Positions 7,963-18,269 of a stretch of 32,000 nt of DNA are shown here, one piece after another. The notes beneath the pieces were generated by a model. That model was not told where the DNA came from. It worked only from the letters and a program-made list of their open reading frames with translations, and did no database searches. The translations under genes were made by a program, and so were the position numbers. The stretch's first letter is position 1. Every line of letters begins with the position of its first letter. The DNA is from Candidatus Nanoarchaeia archaeon (GTDB taxonomy: Archaea > Nanobdellota > Nanobdellia > Woesearchaeales > JANQNC01): NCBI GenBank assembly GCA_028279745.1, contig JANQNC010000001.1, forward strand, positions 450,001 to 482,000, read 5' to 3'.

Positions 7963-9207
7963 CTACCAAGCATTCAATAAGTTTCTACCATAAGAAAGAA
8001 GCAAAGTAAGAACCAACACAACAACGTAGAACCAACTGACTCTTTTCCAAAGCTTGTCTCCTTTTTTCTGATCGCCTGTCAAATTCCTAGCCATTAGCTG
8101 GAATATTCTGCCACCATCAACAGGACCTAGAGGAAGTAAGTTGATCAAACCAATAGCTAAACTTAAAGCCCAGATCCAGAAGAACAACCCTTCAAACCAG
8201 ATAATAACATTGTAACAAGTTTCTTTCATAGTGCCTTCCACACCATCAATAAAAACATAAGAAGATGTCAAAGAATTAACACCCACATAAGGAAGCTGAT
8301 CATTACTAGGATGCGCAATAGTGTTAACATGATACAAAGTGTTATTGGCTTTAACCGTTACAGTCTCCCCTGGACGGGCACGCCAAAGCTGAAAAGTAAA
8401 ATCCTCATAAGTCTTGATCTCTTTATTATTTATTTCTGTAACAATCAGACCATCTCTTAACCCTGCCTTTCCCGCAGGTAATGAAGCGTTAATACCACTA
8501 ATTATCACACCCTCAGATTCAAGAAAATTATCATATATTGCACTGCCTTGGAATAAACCATCACTGTTAGCAATAACTGGAGCAGTAGGTGGCAATAGTA
8601 ACACCCAGATTATGAAAACAACAATCGCTAAAACAATATTCGAGAACGGACCTGCTGCAAAAACAGAATACTGACAAACATCAGACTGTTTCAATAACTT
8701 TTTCTCATCAGGCTCAACAAAAGCCCCTATAATAGGCCCAAAGAAAACAATACCTGAAGCTTTAACCTTCAAATTGTAAACTCTTGCTAAAACACCATGT
8801 GAAAACTCGTGAACAGTTGCAATCACAAAAATTGTAATAATCCCATACCACAAAGGAACAAACACTGGAGAACCAGGAATCTTTACTCCAGGTATCAAAA
8901 GTGCAATGCCTGTGCCAGGTTTTGGAAAAAATATTAAGCTGATAAGCTGGTTGAGTATAAGGATCGATATAGTAATCAAACCGATTATTCCCGCGCCAAT
9001 CGCAAGATAACCCATAATCCTAAAAAATTCTCTATACTTCGTGCCTAGCTTATCCATCAATTTTAAGCCAACCTTTGTTCTAAGAATCGCAATAAATTTA
9101 GCTTCAAAATCAAACTTCTTTCTATAAATAAAAATCAGTAGAATCACAGCTGCATAGAAAATAATAACTGTGCTATATTCTGCAAAAAATGCTCCCCAGT
9201 CAACCAT
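7963..9207 (-). CDS. Site-2 protease family zinc metalloprotease (peptidase M50) with an inserted PDZ domain
   Basis: HExxH as VHEFSHGVLAR. Second motif NLLPLGPVDGGRI. PDZ-like segment GIISGINASLPAGKAGLRDGLIVTEINNKEI. Multiple TM helices. Confidence 0.88.
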   Translation of the reverse strand: MVDWGAFFAEYSTVIIFYAAVILLIFIYRKKFDFEAKFIAILRTKVGLKLMDKLGTKYREFFRIMGYLAIGAGIIGLITISILILNQLISLIFFPKPGTGIALLIPGVKIPGSPVFVPLWYGIITIFVIATVHEFSHGVLARVYNLKVKASGIVFFGPIIGAFVEPDEKKLLKQSDVCQYSVFAAGPFSNIVLAIVVFIIWVLLLPPTAPVIANSDGLFQGSAIYDNFLESEGVIISGINASLPAGKAGLRDGLIVTEINNKEIKTYEDFTFQLWRARPGETVTVKANNTLYHVNTIAHPSNDQLPYVGVNSLTSSYVFIDGVEGTMKETCYNVIIWFEGLFFWIWALSLAIGLINLLPLGPVDGGRIFQLMARNLTGDQKKGDKLWKRVSWFYVVVLVLTLLLSYGRNLLNAW

Positions 9208-9228
9208 TTTATATTTAGGGAAATGCAG

Positions 9229-9238
9229 TATTTAAAAA
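9229..9238 (-). promoter_or_regulatory. TATA box for the M50 protease gene
   Basis: TTTTTAAATA on the minus strand, 21 nt upstream of ATG 9207. Confidence 0.55.
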
Positions 9239-9280
9239 GGTTGTCATTAAAGACAAAATAAGAAAACAGAAAATACAAAT

Positions 9281-9288
9281 AAAAAAAA
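9281..9288 (-). terminator. Oligo-T tract downstream of eL40 (candidate archaeal intrinsic terminator)
   Basis: T8 on the minus strand, 12 nt past the eL40 stop, within a T-rich stretch and upstream of the next TATA box. Confidence 0.4.
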
Positions 9289-9300
9289 TCATTAAAAGAA

Positions 9301-9462
9301 CTATTTCTTCCTAACTGCACGCATCTTCTTAGCGTTGCATCTTCTGCACTTAACTTTTTTAGCGATAACACTCATAGGATCTGCCTTTATCTTGGTCTTG
9401 CAAGTCTTACAAACGTATACTCTTTTGTAAAGTCTGTTTTGTGCTTCTTCGAACTTAGCCAA
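9301..9462 (-). CDS. rpl40e: Large-subunit ribosomal protein eL40 (L40e)
   Basis: The CxxC...CxxC zinc ribbon (CKTCKTK ... CRRCNAKKMRAVRKK) and AKFEEAQNRL match the archaeal L40e layout. There is no in-frame ATG upstream of the core. TTG at 9462 is preceded by GGGGTGA (9468..9474) with a 5-nt spacer. The ORF track starts at another TTG at 9498. Confidence 0.8.
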   Translation of the reverse strand: MAKFEEAQNRLYKRVYVCKTCKTKIKADPMSVIAKKVKCRRCNAKKMRAVRKK

Positions 9463-9467
9463 AAAAA

Positions 9468-9474
9468 TCACCCC
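9468..9474 (-). promoter_or_regulatory. Shine-Dalgarno-like site for eL40
   Basis: GGGGTGA on the minus strand, 5 nt upstream of TTG 9462. Confidence 0.55.
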
Positions 9475-9528
9475 TTGTGATTTTTTTGTCAAGCACAAAA
9501 ATTTTCAATTTTTGTTGTTTAGCCATTT

Positions 9529-9930
9529 TTATTCAGTCTTAACTTGTTTGATAACTTTGTCTTCCATGATAATCCAGTACACAACTGTGCTTCCTTCAAC
9601 AACTTGACCCTTCAATTCTTCAGGGATAGGCAAGTCAAAGGTTTCATAAGTTTCTGAATCCATCAAGTTAGCTGTATCATCAGATATTGAAAGAACTGAC
9701 GCGTTTCTCTTGTCAAGAACAGGCACCAATACTTCGTGATCTGCTGTAACAATAACTCTTTTTTTACCATCTATCAAACCAACACCCGTAACCCTAGCTT
9801 TAGCGTGACCGTGCTTACCTGGTCTTGAAATCTGGATATCAGTTACTCTACAAGCAACGCCATCCAAAAGCATATAGCTGCCGGGCTTAATTGAACTTAA
9901 TGCTACGTGTTTAGTTTCTCCTTCTGACAT
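9529..9930 (-). CDS. eif5a: Translation initiation factor 5A (aIF5A)
   Basis: 133 aa. Hypusine loop SRPGKHGHAKARV. KOW-like N-domain and OB-fold C-domain pattern. Confidence 0.93.
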   Translation of the reverse strand: MSEGETKHVALSSIKPGSYMLLDGVACRVTDIQISRPGKHGHAKARVTGVGLIDGKKRVIVTADHEVLVPVLDKRNASVLSISDDTANLMDSETYETFDLPIPEELKGQVVEGSTVVYWIIMEDKVIKQVKTE

Positions 9931-9952
9931 ACATTTGGAAGATTTCAGGTTG

Positions 9953-9961
9953 TTTATAAAT
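9953..9961 (-). promoter_or_regulatory. TATA box for aIF5A
   Basis: ATTTATAAA on the minus strand, 22 nt upstream of ATG 9930. Confidence 0.55.
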
Positions 9962-9978
9962 GTTTGGGTATGGGAAAG

Positions 9979-9987
9979 TTTATAAAT
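9979..9987 (+). promoter_or_regulatory. TATA box for gmd
   Basis: TTTATAAAT, 18 nt upstream of ATG 10006. Divergent from the aIF5A promoter. Confidence 0.5.
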
Positions 9988-10002
9988 AAAACAACCAAAT
10001 AA

Positions 10003-11873
<1,871 letters not shown>

Positions 11874-11880
11874 AATATTT

Positions 11881-12675
11881 CTAGAACAAGCTAAAAATTA
11901 AAGGTAAGAACGCCAATAGACCCATAATGATACAGAATACTGAGAAATTAACCTTTTGGGCTAACCTCATAAACATCTTGATTGTTATCAAACCAACTAT
12001 GAAAGATGTAACTACTGCAGTCAATAAGGAGTTGATATCTAGGGTTATTACTTCCGTTAAACCCAAACCAAGTTGAGCTCCAAGAACTAGCGGGATGCTC
12101 ATCAGGAATGATAATTTTAGTGCTGCGTGATTCTGAAATTTCCTAAATAATAATGTTGAAGTTGTTAAGCCAGATCTGCTCAAACCAGGGACAATTGCAA
12201 ACGCTTGAACCAAGCCTAAAATAACTCCATCCGCAATTGTCAAATTTTTTATGTTTCTTACTTTAGACTTTTTTGCAACACGCTGGAGGATTCCAGTAAT
12301 GACTAAGAAAAAACCAATAGCTGCCATCAAGAAAGGAGCGTTCCCCTCAAAGTTAGCCAAGTAACCTTTAATTAATTTGTAGATACCAAAACCTACTGCT
12401 CCGCTGATCAATGTAGAGATAACTAAAAAAGTAAACACACTATTTTTCTTTCTAATCTCTTTCGGAGACTTCTTAATCATATCAAATAAATCAGATTTGA
12501 AATAATAGATTGCTGCAAACGCAGTGCCAAAATGAAGCCAAACAGAATACTGCAAGATCTGGTCAACAGGAATTTCTGAAAAGTTTAACAAGAACAGAAC
12601 TAGCTGGCCTGAACTGCTGATAGGAAGCCATTCAGTAATACCCTGAATAATTCCTAGCATTATCGCTTCGTACAT
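11881..12675 (-). CDS. uppP: Undecaprenyl/polyprenyl-diphosphate phosphatase (BacA/UppP family)
   Basis: IIQGITEWLPISSSGQL and VPGLSRSGLTTS match the two BacA signature motifs. About 8 TM helices. Confidence 0.9.
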   Translation of the reverse strand: MYEAIMLGIIQGITEWLPISSSGQLVLFLLNFSEIPVDQILQYSVWLHFGTAFAAIYYFKSDLFDMIKKSPKEIRKKNSVFTFLVISTLISGAVGFGIYKLIKGYLANFEGNAPFLMAAIGFFLVITGILQRVAKKSKVRNIKNLTIADGVILGLVQAFAIVPGLSRSGLTTSTLLFRKFQNHAALKLSFLMSIPLVLGAQLGLGLTEVITLDINSLLTAVVTSFIVGLITIKMFMRLAQKVNFSVFCIIMGLLAFLPLIFSLF

Positions 12676-12696
12676 GCTATTAATTCACCTTACTTC

Positions 12697-12705
12697 TTTT
12701 ATAAA
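12697..12705 (-). promoter_or_regulatory. TATA box for uppP
   Basis: TTTATAAAA on the minus strand, 21 nt upstream of ATG 12675. Confidence 0.55.
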
Positions 12706-12720
12706 CTTTTTGATAGAAAG

Positions 12721-12729
12721 TTTTAAAAA
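12721..12729 (+). promoter_or_regulatory. TATA box for the GT-C/GT-C transcription unit
   Basis: TTTTAAAAA, about 23-24 nt upstream of ATG 12754. Confidence 0.5.
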
Positions 12730-12753
12730 ACAACAAACTAGAAAGTAGATAAG

Positions 12754-14313
12754 ATGACTACCCTAAATAATTTAACAAAATTTACTAAAAAAAACAAAAT
12801 CATAATTTTTCTAGTACTGCTTGCAATCTTGGTTTTTTCCCTTAGGATAGGGAAAGTAAGCACTATGAGTTGCGATCCCGACTTAGCAGGTATTGCTTAT
12901 ACAGGGATGGGAATAAATGATGGAAAAGTTCCTTACTTAGATATAAGCGGAGGAAAACCCCCCTTATCATTTTTCACAGTTGGCCTGTTGTTTAACCTTT
13001 TTGGGACTGAATTCTCAGTAATATATGCAGCATCAATTTTTCTGATGATCATTTCAGCAATACTCATATTTTTTACAGTAAAAGAAATTATTAACTTTGA
13101 AACAGGATGCCTCGCGTCAATACTTTACGCTTTTTTCTCCGCAACAGAAAGTGTAAGAGGGGCATGCCCGAACTATACAACCTGGATGATTCTGCCCTTA
13201 ATTGCTTCACTTTACTTTTTGGTTATGGGAGAAAAATATAACAAAAAAACATTCTACTTCCTTTCAGGGATATTCATTGCAGCAAGTATTTTTACAAAAC
13301 AGTCTGCCCTGCTAAACTTGGCAGGAATATTGGGTTACTTCATAATAGCATTTGTCATAAATAAAAAAAGAGACTTAAAGAAATTACTGCACAAACTGTT
13401 TTATTTCTTTTTTGGATTACTAATCTTCTTGCTGCCTTTCCTGATATACTTCGGCAGCGCAGGTGCACTGAGCGAACTAGCCCCAAATGTTATCCCCTCT
13501 GCAAGTTACACACTAAGTTCTGAAGCATTTTCAAAAATTTCAAACCAAACCAGTTCTACCCCATTTGAACCTGTACTGGAAATAATGAGAAAAACAAAAA
13601 TGAATGTTATGCCAAACATTTTATTATACATTTTGGCAGCGTCTTTCTTAATATTCCCACTAGGAAAAAGATTCAGAAAATCTATCTTAAGCAGCAACCT
13701 AATCTTACTGGCGTTGATATGGACTGTATTCTCTTACTTAGGTGTTTGTGCGGGAGGCAGGTTCTACCATCACTATTTTGTACAAATAATTCCCGGGTTA
13801 ACAATAATGGCAGCTCTTACAATATACTACTTGTATAAAACAATAAAAAAATTTAAAACAGGAATAATCGCAGCACTAATAGTTCTTACACTGGTTCAAC
13901 CAACAATAGGAATCTTTGGCCCCGAATCAGGACTGCACAGGAATCACACAATAACAACTCAACTGTATGAAACTGGAGAGTATGTTAAAAGTATAACTGG
14001 TCCTGAAGATAAGATATATGTATGGGGGTATGCACCAGAAATCTATGTTTACTCTGAACGATTCTCACCAACAAAACATTACAAGTTTTGGATTGTAGTT
14101 AAATCTTTAGACACTCAGAACATAGTAAAAGAAAACGTAAATGACAGTATCTTTTTGGATCACCTAAAAAATGACAAACCCTCTGTGTTTATATCAACAA
14201 ACAAGAGAATGGATCCAGGTCTAGATGAGTATGAAAGACTAAATAACTTTATAAAAGAAAACTACATATTTGATAGAAACATATCCAACATTGAAGTATA
14301 TACACTAAAATGA
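12754..14313 (+). CDS. GT-C fold membrane glycosyltransferase (ArnT/PMT-like, GT39/GT83 type)
   Basis: 519 aa and polytopic. The first-loop acidic motif CDPDLAGIAY is followed by GGKPPLSFF (the KPPL motif of ArnT/PMT_2-type enzymes). The C-terminus is a soluble domain. Confidence 0.6.
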   Translation: MTTLNNLTKFTKKNKIIIFLVLLAILVFSLRIGKVSTMSCDPDLAGIAYTGMGINDGKVPYLDISGGKPPLSFFTVGLLFNLFGTEFSVIYAASIFLMIISAILIFFTVKEIINFETGCLASILYAFFSATESVRGACPNYTTWMILPLIASLYFLVMGEKYNKKTFYFLSGIFIAASIFTKQSALLNLAGILGYFIIAFVINKKRDLKKLLHKLFYFFFGLLIFLLPFLIYFGSAGALSELAPNVIPSASYTLSSEAFSKISNQTSSTPFEPVLEIMRKTKMNVMPNILLYILAASFLIFPLGKRFRKSILSSNLILLALIWTVFSYLGVCAGGRFYHHYFVQIIPGLTIMAALTIYYLYKTIKKFKTGIIAALIVLTLVQPTIGIFGPESGLHRNHTITTQLYETGEYVKSITGPEDKIYVWGYAPEIYVYSERFSPTKHYKFWIVVKSLDTQNIVKENVNDSIFLDHLKNDKPSVFISTNKRMDPGLDEYERLNNFIKENYIFDRNISNIEVYTLK

Positions 14314-15899
14314 AGAACCCAACAAAAATCTCAATATTAATCCTTGTCGTAATCACACTATTCCTAAGACTATCAGGGGTAAGTTGGGGACTAGTAAATG
14401 AAGACACATTACAGATAGATGAAATGCAACATGTAGGAATAGCAAAAAATGTTCTAAGTCAAATTGATGACAACATAAACGCAACTAGCGAACAAGTAAA
14501 TGCAAGAGGATTTGGAACACAGATAGCCTTAATGAGCTACCCAATATACAAAATATTTAACCCCCCGCTTGGAGGTTTATACTATTTAGGAAGACTGCTC
14601 TCAGTACTTTACTCGGTTTGTTTAGTGTTACTAGTTTACTTCATGGCACTATATGTATTCAAGGATGGGCGAGTTGCTTTTCTTTCAGCAATGCTGCTAG
14701 CACTGTTTGACCTGAATGCGACATACAGCCACTATGCACTACCAGACATACCTGTGCTCTTCTGGGCATACCTAGCAGTATTTCTCATGTTCTTATTCTT
14801 TAAAGAAAAAATAAAAGACTCGCGATGGTTGCTCTTGCTCATATCGTTATCGGTTGCATTATCTATGTCATTCAAATTTGACATAATCCCTGCCGCAATC
14901 TTTGTAGGTGCATTACTGATCACTCACTTCAAAAAGAAACAAAAACTAAAAGAAACATCTTATGTTTTCATAATCTTTGCAGTACTTGTAGCAGGGTTTT
15001 TCTACATGTCAGTAATATTTGACTATGACCTAAATGATTTCGGGAACTCAAAAGCTATATTAGTAGATGACAACAAAGAAGTTGTTAGTGGAAGCAGACA
15101 TTATCTACAAAATCCATTAATGTACTTAATAGCGCTTATCTCAGGAACAAGCCTGCCAGTAATAATCGCTTTTGTTATTTCCCTAGGAGTTCTATTTAGA
15201 GAAAAAAGTAAAAAAATAAAACACTTTAACACATTCATCCTTTCTTTAATACTTCTTGAGCTCTTACTGTTATGGTCTGGAAGCTCGACATTTGTCAGAA
15301 GAGCCAACATATTCCTACCTTACATAGCAATAGTCACAGGGTATGGCCTGATTAAATTCTTAGACTCAAAAAGTATCAGAAATAAGATTATAAGATTAGC
15401 CATAATAGTGTTAATCTGTGTCTATACACTAAGCATATCTCTAGTATCACAATATAACTTTATCACAGATACAAGGTATGAAGCTAGCAGATATCTAAAC
15501 GAAGAGCACTCAGTAGAAAGCAACATAGTCTATTACCCTTATGCTTATACAAAATCAATGCCTGAAGGGATAATAAAAATAGAATACAAAGAAGAACAAC
15601 CAGTGGTTAATGAAAATACTGATGTAGTCGTTATACATGAAACATATTACAGAAGGTACGGGAAAAGCTTCACCACCCCATTTAGAACTCCTGCTTGCTG
15701 TGAAGAAACATTCCACTGCAATATAGAGGATTGTACAACCATACAAGGTTTACTTTCAAACTCAACAGAATTTAAGTTAACAAAAAAGTTTAGTGTAAAC
15801 CATTTCCTTCCTGAAAGGACAATCTACAAAAAATTCTTTGGAACTTATGAAACATTCATAGGCGACACACTCATATATGAAAGAGCTACAAATAACTAG
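14310..15899 (+). CDS. GT-C fold membrane glycosyltransferase, second divergent copy
   Basis: 529 aa and polytopic. N-terminal LRLSGVSWGL ... QIDEMQH (first-loop DE motif), then NPPLGG, with a C-terminal soluble Cys-containing domain. ATGA overlap with the upstream GT-C gene. Confidence 0.55.
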   Translation: MKNPTKISILILVVITLFLRLSGVSWGLVNEDTLQIDEMQHVGIAKNVLSQIDDNINATSEQVNARGFGTQIALMSYPIYKIFNPPLGGLYYLGRLLSVLYSVCLVLLVYFMALYVFKDGRVAFLSAMLLALFDLNATYSHYALPDIPVLFWAYLAVFLMFLFFKEKIKDSRWLLLLISLSVALSMSFKFDIIPAAIFVGALLITHFKKKQKLKETSYVFIIFAVLVAGFFYMSVIFDYDLNDFGNSKAILVDDNKEVVSGSRHYLQNPLMYLIALISGTSLPVIIAFVISLGVLFREKSKKIKHFNTFILSLILLELLLLWSGSSTFVRRANIFLPYIAIVTGYGLIKFLDSKSIRNKIIRLAIIVLICVYTLSISLVSQYNFITDTRYEASRYLNEEHSVESNIVYYPYAYTKSMPEGIIKIEYKEEQPVVNENTDVVVIHETYYRRYGKSFTTPFRTPACCEETFHCNIEDCTTIQGLLSNSTEFKLTKKFSVNHFLPERTIYKKFFGTYETFIGDTLIYERATNN

Positions 15900-15952
15900 A
15901 TCAGAAACATTTTTAAATAAAACTCTTCATATTCATATAAAAGAGGTAAACA

Positions 15953-17071
15953 ATGAAAAAAGTAGAAGTTTCTGTAATCATACCCTGCATGAACGAAGAA
16001 AAAACAATAGGTAAAGTACTCAAAAAAGTAAAAAAAGCATTTTCTAAAAACAAGATAAAAGGAGAGATAATCGTTCCTGACACCTCAACAGACAAATCCC
16101 CTTCTATTGCAAGAAAGTTAGGGGCAAAAGTGGTTGATTCTCCAGTTCGAGGGTATGGAAATGCCTATCTTGTGGGTTTCAAAGCAGCAAAAGGAGACTA
16201 CATCGTGATGGGAGATGCAGACAACACCTACGACTTTGAAAAAGAGCTCCCAAAATTTGTGAAACTATTAAGAGAAGGGAATGACTTTGTTAACGGAAAC
16301 AGATTCAAAGGTAAAATGCAAGAAGGTGCAATGCCCCCACTACATAAATATCTAGGGAATCCTTTACTAACAAACATACTTAATGTTCTATTTGGGCTAA
16401 GACTTGGGGATGTACACTGCGGGTTAAAAGCTTTCAAAAGAAAACATTTGGGAAAAATGAATCTTCAGACCGCAGGGATGGAATTCGCGTCAGAGATAAT
16501 GATTGCAGCCGCGAAAAATAATCTAAAAATGACCGAGGTGCCAATTGATTATTTCAAACGAGGGGGAGAAAGTAAGTTATCTTCATTCAGAGATGGATGG
16601 AGACACCTAAGATTCATGCTTATGTTTTCACCAAAATGGACTTTTTCAATACCAGGATGGATATTTATTGTGTTGGGAGGATTTATTCTTCTTATGTTAT
16701 CACAAGGGTTAGTGCAACTGGGTAATGTTACTTTAGGTCCTGTGACCACCACACTGGGAAGCTTGTTGTTGATACTGGGGATACAACTAGTGTTCATGAA
16801 CATGATGTCAAACAAATTCCTATCCGCACACTACAATAAAGAGAATCCTGCAACAAATCTTGAGAAAATGATCGGGTTTGGTGCTTTGTTAATATTAATA
16901 GGAATCGTGATTAACAGCAACATCTTATTAAAATGGATAAACGGCAACATGGGTGATTTGAGTTTTGGAGAGATCAACACATCAATCCTATCCTTGACAA
17001 CAATAGTAGCAGGAATACTAATAATATTCCAATCCTTTATTCTTAGCTTATTTGACATAAAGGTGAAATAG
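15953..17071 (+). CDS. GT2 glycosyltransferase with four C-terminal TM helices (polyprenyl-phosphate sugar synthase-like)
   Basis: VSVIIPCMNEEKTIGKVL and the DxD motif in GDADNTYD. Four hydrophobic helices follow residue ~225. GAGGT (15943..15947) lies 5 nt upstream of the ATG. Confidence 0.8.
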   Translation: MKKVEVSVIIPCMNEEKTIGKVLKKVKKAFSKNKIKGEIIVPDTSTDKSPSIARKLGAKVVDSPVRGYGNAYLVGFKAAKGDYIVMGDADNTYDFEKELPKFVKLLREGNDFVNGNRFKGKMQEGAMPPLHKYLGNPLLTNILNVLFGLRLGDVHCGLKAFKRKHLGKMNLQTAGMEFASEIMIAAAKNNLKMTEVPIDYFKRGGESKLSSFRDGWRHLRFMLMFSPKWTFSIPGWIFIVLGGFILLMLSQGLVQLGNVTLGPVTTTLGSLLLILGIQLVFMNMMSNKFLSAHYNKENPATNLEKMIGFGALLILIGIVINSNILLKWINGNMGDLSFGEINTSILSLTTIVAGILIIFQSFILSLFDIKVK

Positions 17072-17080
17072 AGGTCAGAG

Positions 17081-18160
17081 ATGGCAATATTTGATTTTTA
17101 CATAAACTGGAATGAATTTTTTCTGGGCTTGTTTCTTATATACTTGATATTCGAGATTACAAAAAAAGTACCTTCAATTGAAAAGACCAAAAAAAGACTT
17201 CCTTTCTTTGACATCGCAAAAGGGATAGCGATAATCGCAGTCGTAGCAAGCCACCAGATACCTTTAATTACAGAAACAAAAGCATTTAACCCCTATCTAA
17301 AATTTGCAGTTCCTGTGTTCATAATGAGCATGAGTTATTTATTGGCAGTTAGGTACGCAGGGAGGATAGATCTGAAAAAATATTACTCTAGCTTTTTCTT
17401 TAGAGTTGTGCTAATATATCTCATATTTACAGCACTACAACATGCAATAAACTATAAGCTGTATGGAGTATTTGATATCAGTAAACTATTGCTTGACTTT
17501 GTGTTTGGGTATGGGAACTATTATTTCATCCCTGTGGCAATACAGCTGTATTTGCTCTTCCCTCTATTGATAAAAATCAAAGACTGGCTAAAAAATTATT
17601 TTTCTCTAAGTTTAGTTTTCTTGTTCTCGCTTGTACTCACATACTTTAACTGGAGCTTACAAAAGCCTTACTGGGATTCTAACAGAGTATCGTTGGTTTT
17701 CTTTGGAAGGTTTCTTTTCTATTTCATAATTGGAATATATCTTTCAGAGTTTGATCTGTCTAAGATAGGCGTAAAGAAATTTTTCTGGACAATTACCCTG
17801 TTCGTACTGGGTGTGTTTTTCATATCTTCAAGCAACTATACAAATTTAACATATCTTTATCCAATAATGATATTTTTACTGCTTAGCTTTGTCTATCACC
17901 CATTAAGCAATACTGGTTTTATGACTAAATTGTTTAACATACTTGGAGAGCTAGGGAAGCATGTGCTGATAATCTATCTAATGCATACAAACTTCATATA
18001 CAATTTTGTGGGCAACAAATACTTCAGATTTGTATTCCTAAACTCAAACGTGCACTGGGCAGTAAGATGGGTGCTTTTGACTGGTTTTGCAGTTATTGCT
18101 AGCTATGTAGTATCTAAGATATTCATGTATTTCTACAATAAAGTGTTGAAAAGAGGCTAA
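17081..18160 (+). CDS. Acyltransferase family 3 (AT3) membrane O-acyltransferase, paralogue 3
   Basis: FFDIAKGIAIIAVVASH and YYFIPVAIQLYLLFPLLIK blocks, polytopic. GAGGT (17071..17075) lies 5 nt upstream of the ATG. Confidence 0.65.
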   Translation: MAIFDFYINWNEFFLGLFLIYLIFEITKKVPSIEKTKKRLPFFDIAKGIAIIAVVASHQIPLITETKAFNPYLKFAVPVFIMSMSYLLAVRYAGRIDLKKYYSSFFFRVVLIYLIFTALQHAINYKLYGVFDISKLLLDFVFGYGNYYFIPVAIQLYLLFPLLIKIKDWLKNYFSLSLVFLFSLVLTYFNWSLQKPYWDSNRVSLVFFGRFLFYFIIGIYLSEFDLSKIGVKKFFWTITLFVLGVFFISSSNYTNLTYLYPIMIFLLLSFVYHPLSNTGFMTKLFNILGELGKHVLIIYLMHTNFIYNFVGNKYFRFVFLNSNVHWAVRWVLLTGFAVIASYVVSKIFMYFYNKVLKRG

Positions 18161-18238
18161 AACCCTCAAATTCAACGGTTTAAGGGCCACTCTTTTATAA
18201 ATGGGTTTGTCATTCTAAAGTAGTTAAAAATAGAAAGG

Positions 18239-18246
18239 TTTATATA
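18239..18246 (+). promoter_or_regulatory. TATA box for the S8 protease gene
   Basis: TTTATATA, 23 nt upstream of ATG 18270. Confidence 0.5.
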
Positions 18247-18269
18247 GTAGAATAAATTACCACTTACTA

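Noticed and set aside
9144-9371. 75-aa minus-strand ORF bridging the eL40 / M50 protease intergenic region
   Set aside because: It overlaps the 3' part of eL40 and the 5' part of the protease gene in other frames. It also runs through the oligo-T terminator and the TATA box, and has no motif support.
12958-14566. C6 tracts at 12958..12963 and 14561..14566 in the two GT-C genes, and the G6-equivalent at 27395..27400, as phase-variation sites
   Set aside because: They are shorter than the G7 tract. The two GT-C tracts simply encode the conserved Pro-Pro of the KPPL/NPPL motif. A6-A9 and T6-T9 runs are abundant and expected from base composition, so I did not flag them either.
12754-15899. Possibility that one of the two large GT-C proteins is the oligosaccharyltransferase AglB/STT3
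   Set aside because: Neither translation contains a WWDxG-type motif. VWGYAPE in the first protein is not equivalent. The KPPL/NPPL first-loop pattern fits ArnT/PMT-like enzymes better.
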